Source: Tubiluchus corallicola
Taxonomy: Eukaryota; Animalia; Priapulida
DNA length: 64,000 nt
Direction of reading: 5' to 3'
Assembly (NCBI GenBank): GCA_030141605.1
Contig: JAQGDQ010000845.1
Location: 1 to 64,000, forward strand
Notes under the pieces: generated by a model
The model's input: only the letters and a program-made list of their open reading frames with translations
Told to the model about the DNA's origin: nothing
Databases searched by the model: none
In this document: piece by piece, positions 27,639-40,262 of the stretch
How the letters are laid out: each line of letters begins with the position of its first letter
Numbering within the stretch: position 1 is the stretch's first letter
Translations under genes and position numbers: made by a program

Positions 27639-28456
27639 AAAAAACACATTATTGATCTTATTGTCTTTACCTTGATTATTGACCACAATATAAAGACACT
27701 TAAGCTTTTGTTTAGTTAGTAAAGGGTGTGCTACAAATGCTCTGATTATCTAAACTTTTTCCAGAAGACTTAACGTTAAAATGGCTGCGCCTAACGGTCA
27801 TCGCAGAAGTTTAAGTTTAGAAGTATTTTACAACTTTACTGCAACAGCAATCTCTGCGCGCAATAAGACAGCATGTATGTGATACAAAATTCTCAATGCT
27901 TTTTTACGAAGAGCGTTTTCTTGTGCTATAACTGATACATTCCTCACTTTGAAAGGAATAAGAGCAAAAATAATAATTCGATAGAAAAATTTAAACACGA
28001 ACAAAAAAATCTTTAGTAAATGAATAATTAACCAATTTCCTTAAATTACATATATGCAAAAGCAACAGAATGTAAAATATTATGGACGAAAAAATAATTG
28101 ATTACATGTATATTAAAAACATATACGATCACGCTTAAAATTTTATGTAAATAACTAAATATTTAACATAGAAATACATTTGACAATAAACATAAAACAA
28201 ACATATGAATAAACAAGAGTTTGTTTAGCTTAATTACATAAACATATATGTATAAAAACATAAATTATTATATAAACACAAGTAAATAGATAACATTTTT
28301 TTTGTATAGATATAGTACAATCATACCAGCTAATTACTAAATTATTATCATTAAGCCCACTATGCACTTAGGAGAGCAGGCATAGAATGACAATACAGAA
28401 AACTTCAGATACCAATACTGTGTACAAGGGCGAATTTACCAATAGGGTGGCTAGAC

Positions 28457-28956
28457 CAGGGGTGTGCAAATTATCTGACTAGCCGGGCCACATTAAACTT
28501 TCCCACAATTCCTGCGGGCCACAGGCAGTTTGATCAATGAGCCAAGTACAGAAAGGCCTAATAACGATTTTTTTGCATCCGACCTGCGTACATCGTTACT
28601 ACTACACTCAAGAAACTATTTTAGAAGTTATTAAAATTTATATTACAAACCACATATTTCTACTTTCAGGACAGATAGTGGTAATTTCAATACAATGCAT
28701 ATTAGTAATGTGTATCACACAGTCTGTGTAGTACAGTGTTATTAAGCTACAACTGTCTTGTAAGGGTTAATGGCATCCGATCTAGTAGAAAAAACTACCT
28801 GCACTATCTTTGGGATCGTGGCAAGGACTTCAGCTGGATACACTCAATTAATCACCCGGGCCGCACTTTCATTAGGTTGACAAGTCTTTTCGCGGGCCAC
28901 ACAAATTCTCTCGGCAGGCCGCAAGTGGCCTGTGGGCCGCAATTTGCACACCTCTG
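28457..28956. mobile_element. hAT (Charlie-like) non-autonomous element, copy 1
   Basis: CAGGGGTGTGCAAATT TIRs; inverted near-identical copy at 61573-62053. Confidence 0.9.
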
Positions 28957-29104
28957 ACCAAGACTGTACGTTAGGGTGGTCAAATTTTGAAGGACGTCAG
29001 ATTTTAGAAGCCTAGTGTTAAAACATTCGTATTCTCTTTAGAAAATGCCTATCTTTCCATAATAATACAAACTGCGTATTTTATAACACGCCACAAACAG
29101 TTGC

Positions 29105-29580
29105 CGTATCCGATTTATGTAAGCGCCAAATAACAAACAAGTACGACTATTACATAAAAGGTACTACAGCACAAGCAGTTGCGCAGCACAATTAGATATA
29201 AGGCTTATGTCATCAACAACGATGTATCCGATTTTATGTAAGCGCCAAATAACAAACAAATACGACTATTACATAAAAGGTACTACACCACAAGCAGTTG
29301 CGCAGCACAATTAGATATAAGACTTATGTCATCAACAACGATGTATCCGATTTTATGTAAGCGCCAAATAACAAACAAATACGACTATTACATAAAAGGT
29401 ACTACAGCACAAGCAGTTGCGCAGCACAATTAGATATAAGACTTATGTCATCAACAACGATGTATCCGATTTTATGTAAGCGCCAAATAACAAACAAATA
29501 CGACTATTACATAAAAGGTACTACACCACAAGCAGTTGCGCAGCACAATTAGATATAAGACTTATGTCATCAACAACGAC
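29105..29580. repeat. 119-bp tandem repeat, 4 copies
   Basis: GATGTATCCGATTTT at 29221, 29340, 29459. Confidence 0.95.
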
Positions 29581-29783
29581 GTACGTACTTGGTAGTTTAC
29601 TAATACACCACAAATAATTGTGCACTACCTTTATGTATAAACAATCATAAACCTATAATAGAAATAAGCAGAATTGAACTACCCAAGGGAGTAGTAATGT
29701 CTCGCCTCTGATCATGTACAAAGATTTGTTATCAAAAAAATTTAATGAATTACGAAAAAGAGTTACATGCCGATTAAATTTTC

Positions 29784-29850
29784 TCAGAATAAAGAATCAA
29801 AAAACGACTGACATGAACTGAGTGCATCTTGAAACCCATCATCTTCAGAT
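29784..29850 (-). CDS. HFM1: Probable terminal exon of HFM1 (SEDDGFQDALSSCQSFFDSLF*)
   Basis: Strong acceptor ttttttgcttgcag; ending resembles the vertebrate HFM1 C-terminus (recalled as ...GIFDGIF*); linking exons between 44873 and 29850 not resolved. Confidence 0.55.
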
Positions 29851-32455
29851 CTGCAAGCAAAAAATGAAAAAACAAACAATACATTAACCGTTACAAGTAA
29901 TATGTATCAAATCCCTGATGTAAAAACAAAAAAAGCAGCCAAAGTGAAAAAATTATTCGCAGCCAAGGCTTGAACCTTCATCTTCAAAGTGTGTTAGATA
30001 TTCTACAAAGTGTGTGTAGCAATTTTTTGTTAATCTACTTATAAAATTCATGTACGTGGCGCCATCTGTGGCAGTAATGCAAACCTTTTAGTTTCAAAAC
30101 ATCTTCCAGGCAACTAACCTATCAGTCACCTGTCTGAGCTTCACCTGTGCTGTAAACAGTCAAGTTAATGCACTTAATATGGGACATTTCTGTGCCGATT
30201 TTTGTCACAATAAAGTACTTCAGTGGTATTAACTTCTGTTGAAAACGTTTCTGTCATTACAGTAAGCTATACAGGAAAGATTGGAAAGACATTCAGTCAC
30301 CTGTCTGTTCTTCACCTGTGCTGTAAACAGTCAAGTTAATGCACTTAATTTGGAACATTTCTGTGCTGATTTTTGTTACAATAAAGTACTTCAGTGGTAT
30401 TAACTTTTGAGGGCTTCTATTCAAGAAAGTTGGAAGTGGTGCTGACAAGCCACTGGCATAGCAGTGTCTAGTTTTTTTACTGCTATGTAATGAGGACAGT
30501 GTCGACTCGTGTATGGCTAAAATGGAACTGCACAGCACCCCCTATTTTCACTGAATATTATCGATAGTATTCAATATAATAAGTCTTTTTTCTTTAGTTC
30601 TTTCTTTACACTTCTATGGTAAGAGCTCGCGAGTGTAGACCTGTTAACTTCACGAATCACAGCCCAGCACAGTGCACTCATGGCTCAAGCAACGTGGTGT
30701 TTGGCTGTTGTGCACATGAGATAAGACGCTGTACTTTAAGTAGAAAAAGCACTGTCGCTCACGCAGTGTGTGTTGTCGGTTGTCACGTGTATATTAATTG
30801 AATATGCCGGTATACGTAAAAGCCGTGACAATTTAGGCTATTCGTAAGCAAACAATATTTTTCATTTAGGATTTTATCAAATTTATTTAAAACTTTTGGT
30901 ATGTATGTTTGTTTAAAATTACAATTACAACATTACAATTGTACGTCTGTTTCGTTTTACAACAAAACAATGGCTAAACATTTTCTGAAGCAGTAACGCC
31001 AGTAATTTTAGCTACGAGCCGCGACTAATCGAGGCAGATTTCGTTTTTTGAAATAAGAGTATATTGATGATTCAACTAATGTGCGTTGCACTGTTCACGG
31101 CGCATGCCCCAAAAGCAGGTAAGTTCAAATATATATATATAATACATTGATAATCACTGATAAAAACTTTACAGAGATGATCAATCAGTGTTAGTTAATG
31201 AAAACTTACACTGCTAAAGGCAAATGCGTCAGTGCAATCTAAACTACTGTGCAGTAATGGAAAGTAACGACGAATAAAATCAAACATATTTACAACTATG
31301 CACAAAAAAATGAAAAAACTATGATTTAATTAATATGGCCGTGGATATATGAATTCTGAATTAGTGTGTTTGTTGTCGTACTGGTGTGATGGTATTTCAT
31401 ATCTGGTTAATATTAGTGATTTTAATTTTGTTTTAAATGCTGATAGGAACTTCATTTGTTTAACCTGTAATGGTAGAGAATTCCAAAGTAGAATTGCTTG
31501 TTTGATTACAGAGTTCGTTCCATAGTGGGTATTTGTCCTAATTTGTTTTAGATTGCTTGTTCTGGAATTAACGGTAAGATTTGGCTAAAGGTAAATCTGT
31601 TATTCTGGGTAGAGACGATTTTTTGCAAATTAAAATGGACAATTTTAGAAATTTCTTCAGCTCAACTATGAACTTACTTTAAATGACAATTTAATTACTC
31701 ACGCCTTATCATTATCATGAAGTTGACTTGGACACCAATCTCTACACTAGTACTGCAGCGCCCCTAGGGATGAATCCACAGAAATGAGAAAAATTAAACA
31801 AAACTGACTAACCTGTTTGGAAAGATATTTAATAATTTTCTTCACAACATTATGCACCCATCCAACTACTACTGCCCACTGTTGCTTAACTCTCAGCTAA
31901 ATCACCAAGCCAGCACCAATATAAAGAGGTTTAATAAATAAGAAATATCATTTTGAAATTTATCGAATTTATTTCTTAATTTTTATATCAATATATTGAC
32001 CATTTGGTGGCATAAGTTCTTCTATAATCAGTAATTTATATTCATCGTCAACTATTCATTTCAAAATACGACAAGTTTTACAGTAGTTATATAAGCTTAA
32101 TAAACATCAGCTGTACGATAACTAATATTTGAACAAACATGATTAACTTAATTAAACAGGAAATAACAAGATCGCTAGCAGGAAAAACCAATTCAAACCA
32201 AAAAAGAGCAAACCGGTCAAACTTGTCAACAACCAGAAATCACAAACCGGTACACTGCAATCTATTTCCTCTCCGACAGCAAGGTAACTGTTACGTTTAC
32301 TTTTACTGTGTCGATGTAGTATCATTGTTCTTATAAATATGACGTAATATACAAACAGTTGTTTATACAAGAATCGGGTAGGTTTATTATTATACGAAAG
32401 TTTTTTGCTAGCTGCAGTTGGGTTCAATTGTTTCCTTTACCTTCTTCAAAACTAA

Positions 32456-33693
32456 TAGATTTTACGTGTCAAATGTAGACCTGCGTTAACTAAAATGTAG
32501 ACTTACATGTCAAATGTAGACCTGCGTTAACTAAAATGTAGATTTAGGTAATTCAAATGTGTCTTGTTAACTAAAATGTAGACTTACATGTCAAATGTAG
32601 ACCTGCGTTAACTAAAATGTAGATTTAGGTAATTCAAATGTGTCTTGTTAACTAAAATGTAGATTTAGGTAATTCAAATGTGTCTTGTTAACTAAAATGT
32701 AGACTTACATGTCAAATGTAGACCTGCGTTAACTAAAATGTAGATTTAGGTAACTCAAATGTGTCTTGGTAGCTCAAATGTAGATTTAGGTAATTCAAAT
32801 GTGTCTTGTTAACTCAAATGTAGACTTACATGTCAAATATAGACCTGCGTTAACTAAAATGTAGATTTAGGTAACTCAAATGTGTCTTGGTAGCTCAAAT
32901 GTAGATTTAGGTAATTCAAATGCGTCTTATTAACTCAAATGTAGACTGATGAGTCAAATGTAGACCTGCGTTAACTGAAATGTAGATTTAGGTAACTCAA
33001 ATGTTTCTTGTTAACTCAAATGTAGACTTAGGCAGTTCAAATGTGTTAACAATGGTTTTCAAGAAATCTTAAGCGTTTTTGGGTAAGTCAAATGTAGACA
33101 CATGTCAAATCAAATGTGACATTGGTATCTCAAATGTGGATAGGTGTTAAAGCTTAAGGATGTGAAGTTTAATCTCCTTTAATAATCTTAATTTAATAAT
33201 TGCTGTGAAAATAATAACTTTATTGGTCTACTAATAGTTCACTAATATACTGCAAACTTTGCATACCATTGGAACTGTTAGAGAAAACAATACATTCTTA
33301 AAATGAACAATATTTCTTGAGAGACACTAATTCATTAATGCAGTGCTAATGCATTACTTAAAAAACTAATTAGTGATTCACTGTTCATTGGGATGTGATA
33401 AACAACACATTTTTCAAAGTTATGAAAGAGATGATGACTATCTTTGGTTTATCTTTTTGTAATTTGCACTTAAATGAGTTAATTACCTATTTATTCAAAG
33501 TACCGCATCTACATTTGACTTACCTAAGTCACATTTGAGTTACCAAAACACATTCGAAATTCCTATGTCTACACTTGACTTACCTAAGTCACATCTGAGT
33601 TACCAAAACACATTCGAAATTCCTATGTCTACATTTGACTTATCTAAGTCACATTTGAACTTTCCTGTGTCTACATTTGATGTGTAAAACCTA
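32456..33693. mobile_element. Academ-like non-autonomous DNA transposon with tandem subterminal repeats
   Basis: TAG...CTA ends, imperfect TIR TAGATTTTACGTGTCAAATGTAGAC, 3-bp TSD TAA, arrays of AAATGTAGA in both arms. Confidence 0.6.
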
Positions 33694-33906
33694 TAATAGA
33701 TTTACATTTATAGTTTTAGATTTATTTATTCATCCGCATAGCACAATGCAACAAAATACTATTTCTACAGTTACAAAAAAACAATGCAATGCAGTGCCAT
33801 GAACGTAGCAAAAGAAAGTAATGTATAAGCTACAAAAGCTACACCTTAATTATGACATAAACAACAAAAATACGTTAAATTGAGCGAAGCAAAGAGATGC
33901 GAGAAG

Positions 33907-34195
33907 ACGATAATGACGATGATGATGACGACGACGACGATGATGATGATGACAGTATTGATGATGATGGTGATGATGATGATGATGACGACGACGACGA
34001 CGATGATGATACGACGACGATGATGATGATGACAATATTGATGATGATGGTGATGATAATGATGACGACGACGATGACGATGATAATGACAATATTGATA
34101 ATGATGGTGATGACAACGATGGTGATATTAATGCTGGTGACAATAGCGATGGTGATGAAGACAATTACGATGAATTGATGCTAGTGATGATGACG
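33907..34195. repeat. Degenerate (GAT/GAC)n microsatellite
   Basis: Seen directly. Confidence 0.95.
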
Positions 34196-34704
34196 CGCCA
34201 GGATCAACTATTTAAACCAAGTTACCCATTTAATGACTAAATTCAAATCTCAATAAATAAAGAAAAAAGATAAAAAACTAAACTAACTTCTATGTAGTTA
34301 GATGGGTGACCACGGATGATTTATCAGTTTTTTCTTTTTCTGTGATTAATGTGAAATAATTGGGAGAATCTCTCAAGCAGATTAGTTAATTTTATTTAGT
34401 CTTTTTCTCAGTTTTGTGAGTTGAAAGGTGAAATACCAAAAGCAAATAAAGAACAGAATTATGTCGCACCATCTAGAACAAGTTTTCCAGTAAAACAGTG
34501 CGTGATTTGCTTCAATCACAGATTATATAATCCTTAAAGGAAAGATCAACCTTTTTGGAAAGTTAGCCTTGGCAGAAGAAACGCAGGGGGCGCTGTGAAA
34601 CCAAGTCAAAAGTATAACAAATTTTACCCATACGAATTTGACAGCGAATTTCATGTATTTTTGCACGAACATTAGCTAAGCTGCAGAAGCTTGAATTAGT
34701 TTAA

Positions 34705-35161
34705 CCCTTTCATACCCGTTGTATCCCGTGGGATACGAGAATATTTTCTGCCTTTAAAATTAATAAAATTTTAAAACTGACAGTTATGTGATCTGTTAAT
34801 AGTTATTTTGATTTAAGCCAATAACAATAGACTAAAAATGGTGATAAAATGGCAAACTAGAAAATCTACATAGCATAAAAAACTGTGCAAGGTACAGTAC
34901 TTTAGAGATGACTTTGTACAGATCAGCATAGCATGAATACTAAATGTCTTAAATACTTTAAAAAATTATCAGCAGTTGCAAAATGAAGCACATTTTATGC
35001 TTCCATTGAATCCCAATGTATCGCGTGGGATACAGGCTATATTTAGCACGCGGACACAGGTAGAAAAAATAATTATTATGTGTAAAGAACATGGACATAC
35101 TGAACAAAAGTACCAAGCCAAAAAAATTTTCTTATTAAAAAATAATTTGGGACTAAAAGGG
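34705..35161. mobile_element. piggyBac-like MITE
   Basis: TTAA-CCCTTT...AAAGGG-TTGA ends; internal inverted GTATCCCGTGGGATAC motifs. Confidence 0.6.
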
Positions 35162-35596
35162 TTGATGTAACATCATAAAAATTCAGTAATATAAGTTTCT
35201 GGAAATATTTTGTGCACACGTTTTTATGATGACCTAAACATGCGAGGAATTACTTTTTAAAATGTCCTAAACTTGTCTCCAGTGAGATTCCAACTTTTGA
35301 CAATTGTGGTGCTCGGTTCCTAAGGCGGTTTTAAAAATCAAATCTTCGTGTTGCAGAGAAATCGCGAAGTCTTCCAGTGACGTCATAATTTTCATGTGAA
35401 TGGCGGCAACCACCGTGGTAGTATAAATGAACTTTATGCTTTATAGGTAATTAGTGGCAAATTTCTTTGATATATTTCTCTAAGTGATAACAGTAAAATA
35501 AACCGCGTGACTTGTCCAGAAAAAGCAAAAATGTGAGAAAGACAGGACCGAACCCGAGTCGCTTTCACAATGCAGTCACTAAGTTAATGACGTCGT

Positions 35597-36974
35597 GTTT
35601 GATAAATTAAATGAAATACTTCTGCCCGAAAACCTTAATATAACTGCCTTAGGAACTAATGATCTGTTGAAGTCGTTATTGTTCGGAAAAGATGAATTTA
35701 ACTATGTTGCTAACTGTACAATATTCCAATGCATGCGTGACTTTATATTATGTACTAAACGCTTCCAGTAGTTTCTATCTGATATGAAATGCATCAGTCT
35801 TAAATATTCGTACATTAATATTTTCTAACCGTCATTTTCTACTAATGTCTAATGTATTTTTGTAGTAAAACTTGTCAGCTTGTGTAGTTTTAGTCAATTC
35901 TTACTGTAAATGTTACTAATGTCTAATGTAATCTTGTAGTAAAACTTGTCAGCTTGTGTAGGTATAGTCTATTCTTACTGTAAATGTTACTAATGTCTAA
36001 TGTAATCTTGTAGTAAAACTTGTCAGCTTGTGTAGTTATAGTCTATTCTTACTGTAAATGTTACTAATGTCTAATGTAATCTCGTAGTAAAACTTGTCAG
36101 CTTGTGTAGTTATAGTCTATTCTTACTGTAAATGTTACTAATGTCTAATGTAATCTTGTAGTAAAACTTGTCAGCTTGTGTAGTAATAGTCTATTCTTAC
36201 TGTAAATGTTACTAATGTCTAATGTAATCTTGTAGTAAAACTTGTCAGCTTGTGTAGTAATAGTCTATTCTTACTGTAAATGTTACTAATGTCTAATGTA
36301 ATCTTGTAGTAAAACTTGTCAGCTTGTGTAGTAATAGTCTATTCTTACTGTAAATGTTACTAATGTCTAATGTAATCTTGTAGTAAAACATGTCAGCTTG
36401 TGTAGGTATAGTCTATTCTTACTGTAAATGTTACTAATGTCTAATGTAATCTTGTAGTAAAACTTGTCAGCTTGTGTAGTAATAGTCTATTCTTACTGTA
36501 AATGTTACTAATGTCTAATGTAATCTTGTAGTAAAACATGTCAGCTTGTGTAGGTATAGTCAATTCTTACAGTAAATATTACTAATGTCTAATGTAATCT
36601 TGTAGTTAAACTTGTCAGCTTGTGTAGTTATAGTCTATTCTTACTGTAAATGTTACTAATGTCTAATGTAATCTTGTAGTAAAACTTGTCCGCTTGTGTA
36701 GTTATAGTCAATTCTTACTGTAAATGTTACTAATGTCTAATGTAATCTTGTAGTAAAACTTGTCTGCTTGTGTAGTTATAGTCTATTCTTTCCGTAAATG
36801 TTACTAGTATCTAATGTAATCTTGTAGTAAAACTTGTCAGCTTGTGTAGTTATAGTCTATTCTTACTGTAAATGTTTTTGTAAATAGTGTATATAGTCTG
36901 TTGTGGTGAGGATCGTAAATCATGTTGTTCAAACCGTCTGATCCAATCCTATAATAAATTATGCTTAAACTAAC
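35597..36974 (+). mobile_element. 5'-truncated CR1-group LINE with a tandemly amplified 3' UTR
   Basis: Encodes ...LLFGKDEFNYVANCTIFQCMRDFILCTKRFQ* (CR1-type ORF2 C-terminus); AATAAA near end; 9-bp TSD TGACGTCGT at 35588 and 36975. Confidence 0.8.
35840..36877. repeat. 74-bp tandem repeat, about 14 copies, inside the LINE 3' UTR
   Basis: Period 74 (36061, 36135 and onward). Confidence 0.97.
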
Positions 36975-37395
36975 TGACGTCGTCTTTGGATCCACTAAGT
37001 TATTAAAAATGACTCGTTAACTTAGACGTTGGTTTGACCAGCATTTGAACACTCAGATTACTAACCAGTGACAATTGACTACAACATTACACGTAATCCA
37101 AAGATCACTGGTTCAATCCTAACACCAACCCTGATTTTTTTCCTTTCCTTCCTCCATCTTGTCATATTACAAACAGCTAAGAAGTGATAATTACTACAAT
37201 AACAATGAATTTTTTTTCTGGGTAGCACAATTATCGGAATTCATCAGATTGAAAACTTATTTCTAACTAATCTAATCTAGTCTAAAAAAAACAATATTTT
37301 GTTTGTTTTGCTTTTACTGCTGTTATACACAGATCTTAAAAGGGCTAGCACAAAATACAAAAAAACCTTAACAGCAGGTAAAATTAGGATTTAAT

Positions 37396-37909
37396 CTTCT
37401 TCTTCTTCTTCTTCTTCTTCTTCCCAGCTTTTAGCAATGCGGGGTCGCTGTTGTGAATGAGTCTTCTCCATGCATTCCTGTTGTTGACCATCTCTTCATT
37501 TATGTCTTCCCTTCCCACATGATCTTCACCGACTCTTCTTTTCAGGTGTCCATACCATCGCAATCTTGCGAGGCTTCCACTACTTTTACTGTTCCTCTGA
37601 TATCATTATTTCTAATTTTATCTCTTCTTGTTATTCCCACCATCCATCTCAACACCCTCATCTCCACCACACCCATTTTCTTCTCTTCGGTCTTCTTTAG
37701 AGAAGCTGCTTCCAGCCCATAGATTAGAGCGGGTCTGACCACTTCTTTGTGGACTTTACCTTTAAGTCTCACTGACTCAGTCATAGAAGGTTTTGGCGCA
37801 GTTTTTACAGGCGGATGCCCTTCCTGACCCTAACCCTACCTATTTATCCGGGCTTGGGACCGGCACTGAGTTGGGCTAGCTTGCCCCCCCCCCAGGGGCT
37901 AGGTTTAAG
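37396..37909 (-). mobile_element. Bipartite non-autonomous RTE-clade retroelement (5' UTR fused to ORF 3' end)
   Basis: LKGKVHKEVVRPALIYG...EMRVLRWMVGITRRDKIRN is RTE ORF C-terminal sequence; (AAG)n tail; 13-bp TSD ATTAGGATTTAAT at 37383 and 37910. Confidence 0.9.
37829..37906 (-). ncRNA. Twister ribozyme (type P1), probably inactivated copy
   Basis: RNA reads AA-CCUA-GC...GCCGG-UCCC-AA-GC-CCGG-AUAAA-UAGG-U-A-GGG; P2, P4 and both pseudoknots pair as in the rice Osa-1-4 twister. Confidence 0.8.
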
Positions 37910-38314
37910 ATTAGGATTTAATATGCTGCATTATTTATAGCAAGCATGTAAGTGAAGGCACAATATCTCTTAAGACCAATTTTCATTAATTGAACATAGG
38001 CGTGCCTCTAAATATGTGTTGGTCAAAAGCTAATATGAATTCATTCAGCCAAAAAGATAATCTAAAATACTCGTAAAGAAATTGACCAGTTTGAATGATA
38101 AAGCATACAGCTGCTACCATCAGAAAAATTGGCGAATCCAAATCAGCAGTAAGTTTCATTTTTCGAGAGATGTTACAGACAAAAATGCGGACGCAAAACA
38201 AAAACGATGATGATGATAATGATGATGATGATGATTATGATGATGATGTTGATAATGGCAATAAATTTCTGAAGAAATAAAAACACTACAAGATCATTAT
38301 TTGTTGCAGTAGTG

Positions 38315-39316
38315 ATGTCCCCTACCGGACAATGCAGCTTCTGTGCATTCACGTTTGCACCCTTGAGACCGAAACTGACCACCGATAGCTTGAAAATTCT
38401 GACCATGGTCATTTTAATAGGCATAATACTCATCGCTTTGATCAACATCCATCACAACTACAGGAGGAAGAGACAACAGCAGAATCGTAACACGACAACC
38501 TTGTCCAAAGACGCAGAGGAAGACTTCCGGAAAAGGAGGACACGTACTATGAATGCGTGCTGGGACATGTACGGGCCGGTACCTCCCCCAATGACATCCA
38601 CAAACTGGAGGTACCTTATCGTAAATGATAAACACAAACTTATTTACTGCGCCGTGCCAAAAGTAGCCAGTACCGGATGGAAACGGATCATGACGGTTCT
38701 GACGTACGGCAACTACGTGAAGGATGTTGCGGATTTGGGACTCATGCAGACCAAGTTTGTAGAACTGCCAAGGATGTCGCAATACAATGCGACACAACAG
38801 AAGTACAGGATAGACAATTATTACAAGATCATGTTTATCAGGCATCCTCTGGAAAGACTCGTGTCGGCTCACAGGGACAAGGTCGTCCAAGGCATTGCAG
38901 ACACTTTCAAGACCAACCAAAGAGCAAGAAAGAAGTACAAACAGCGTAGAAACGTATCCGGTAATATCACTTCCTTCCGGGAGTTTCTGCAGTTCCTCTT
39001 GGAGCCGGATTCCTATCTGAGAGCCAACAGAATTAACGAACGTTGGGAACCATACGAACACCTGTGTAATCCGTGCCACATGGATTACGACTTCATCGGA
39101 GAATTGCGGACTCTACAGAGAGACACAGATTTTATAATAAACGACAGAAGCCTGCCTGGTGTGACGCTGGTAGACAACAACGACCCAAATAAGATGCAAG
39201 AGAGGAATGCTCATCGGTTATTTTGGAGCGCTTACAAGAATATCTCAAGAAGTTTAATCCACAGGGTGTGTGAACGTTATAAACATGATTTGTACATGTT
39301 CGGATACACATGCTGA
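38315..39316 (+). CDS. Carbohydrate sulfotransferase, Sulfotransfer_2 family (CHST8-14 / chondroitin 4-O-sulfotransferase-like)
   Basis: Type II TM anchor; 5'-PSB YCAVPKVASTGWKR; 3'-PB FIRHPLERLVSAHRDK; LCNPC..YDFIG; D..MFGY end; CDS uninterrupted. Confidence 0.95.
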   Translation: MSPTGQCSFCAFTFAPLRPKLTTDSLKILTMVILIGIILIALINIHHNYRRKRQQQNRNTTTLSKDAEEDFRKRRTRTMNACWDMYGPVPPPMTSTNWRYLIVNDKHKLIYCAVPKVASTGWKRIMTVLTYGNYVKDVADLGLMQTKFVELPRMSQYNATQQKYRIDNYYKIMFIRHPLERLVSAHRDKVVQGIADTFKTNQRARKKYKQRRNVSGNITSFREFLQFLLEPDSYLRANRINERWEPYEHLCNPCHMDYDFIGELRTLQRDTDFIINDRSLPGVTLVDNNDPNKMQERNAHRLFWSAYKNISRSLIHRVCERYKHDLYMFGYTC

Positions 39317-40262
39317 TAGTTGTGTATAAAAATAGAACTAGCTCAGAGATGAGAACCTGATTTTGACAATTAGAAATGATGTTTCTCTTTAAACAGGCAC
39401 ATTTGTGAAGAGGATTTCAGCACATTCAGGTTGCAAAGTAAAACCTTGTCTGTGGAAGTTGGAATTGTACATTATAATTAGGTGCTGCCATCTATGGGCT
39501 AATCCTGTTACATTCTACCAGCTGACTTACCCCCAGTATAATTGTATGGTCCAGTGAATGCATATTCACTGGTTCTCTCCCTATTTTAAAGTAATGGTTG
39601 TTGTGAAGCCTGTGCAAGTCTGCATAGGTCACCTATACCTATATATACTGACTGGTTTTGCTTTCTAGTCACTCTCACTCTCAGTGTTCAGTGCAGTAGT
39701 CATGCTACTCATGTGTCTGTAGTTTAATAAACACTTTTCTGTTGGGTGCAGTGCAAATATGTATTATAGATTTTTTATTCTTGTTCATACTTCTGTGCCT
39801 AAACTCAATCATAACAAAGTGAGTGATTTACAACTTCAAACATGACTTTTACATTGTCCATAGAATGTTCCAGTTTTTATAATGGCTGCGTCTAGTCGCT
39901 TCATCTCCAGTAGACACTGATCTCGTTATGGCAAGTTGTGTAAGAAATAGTTACTTAAGAAAACAATACGAAAAAGATAAGAAATGTTGATTTCAGTTGT
40001 CATGACAACACTTCAAAGCAGCGGGTGTTACTAGGTGTACTGATACTACAATTATTTTGTAAAATAATTGTAAACTAATGACCATATTTGTGCCTCTGGT
40101 CACAAAGCTGATTTTAATAATTTCAGCATTGTGGCCAGAGCTACAAATAACTGGGACTTATTAATAAAAGAAAGTTTATCTATATATCCTAATAAGACTT
40201 CTCTTAATGTAGAAGACAGTTCAATTCCTTCAACTTTATTTCTAAACACTCAGCTATTTGTT

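Noticed and set aside
33850-34178. Poly-Asp, poly-Ser and poly-His ORFs
   Set aside because: Translations of a (GAT)n microsatellite.
38414-39079. 221-aa antisense ORF over the first sulfotransferase
   Set aside because: Shadow ORF of a real coding strand; no recognisable motifs.
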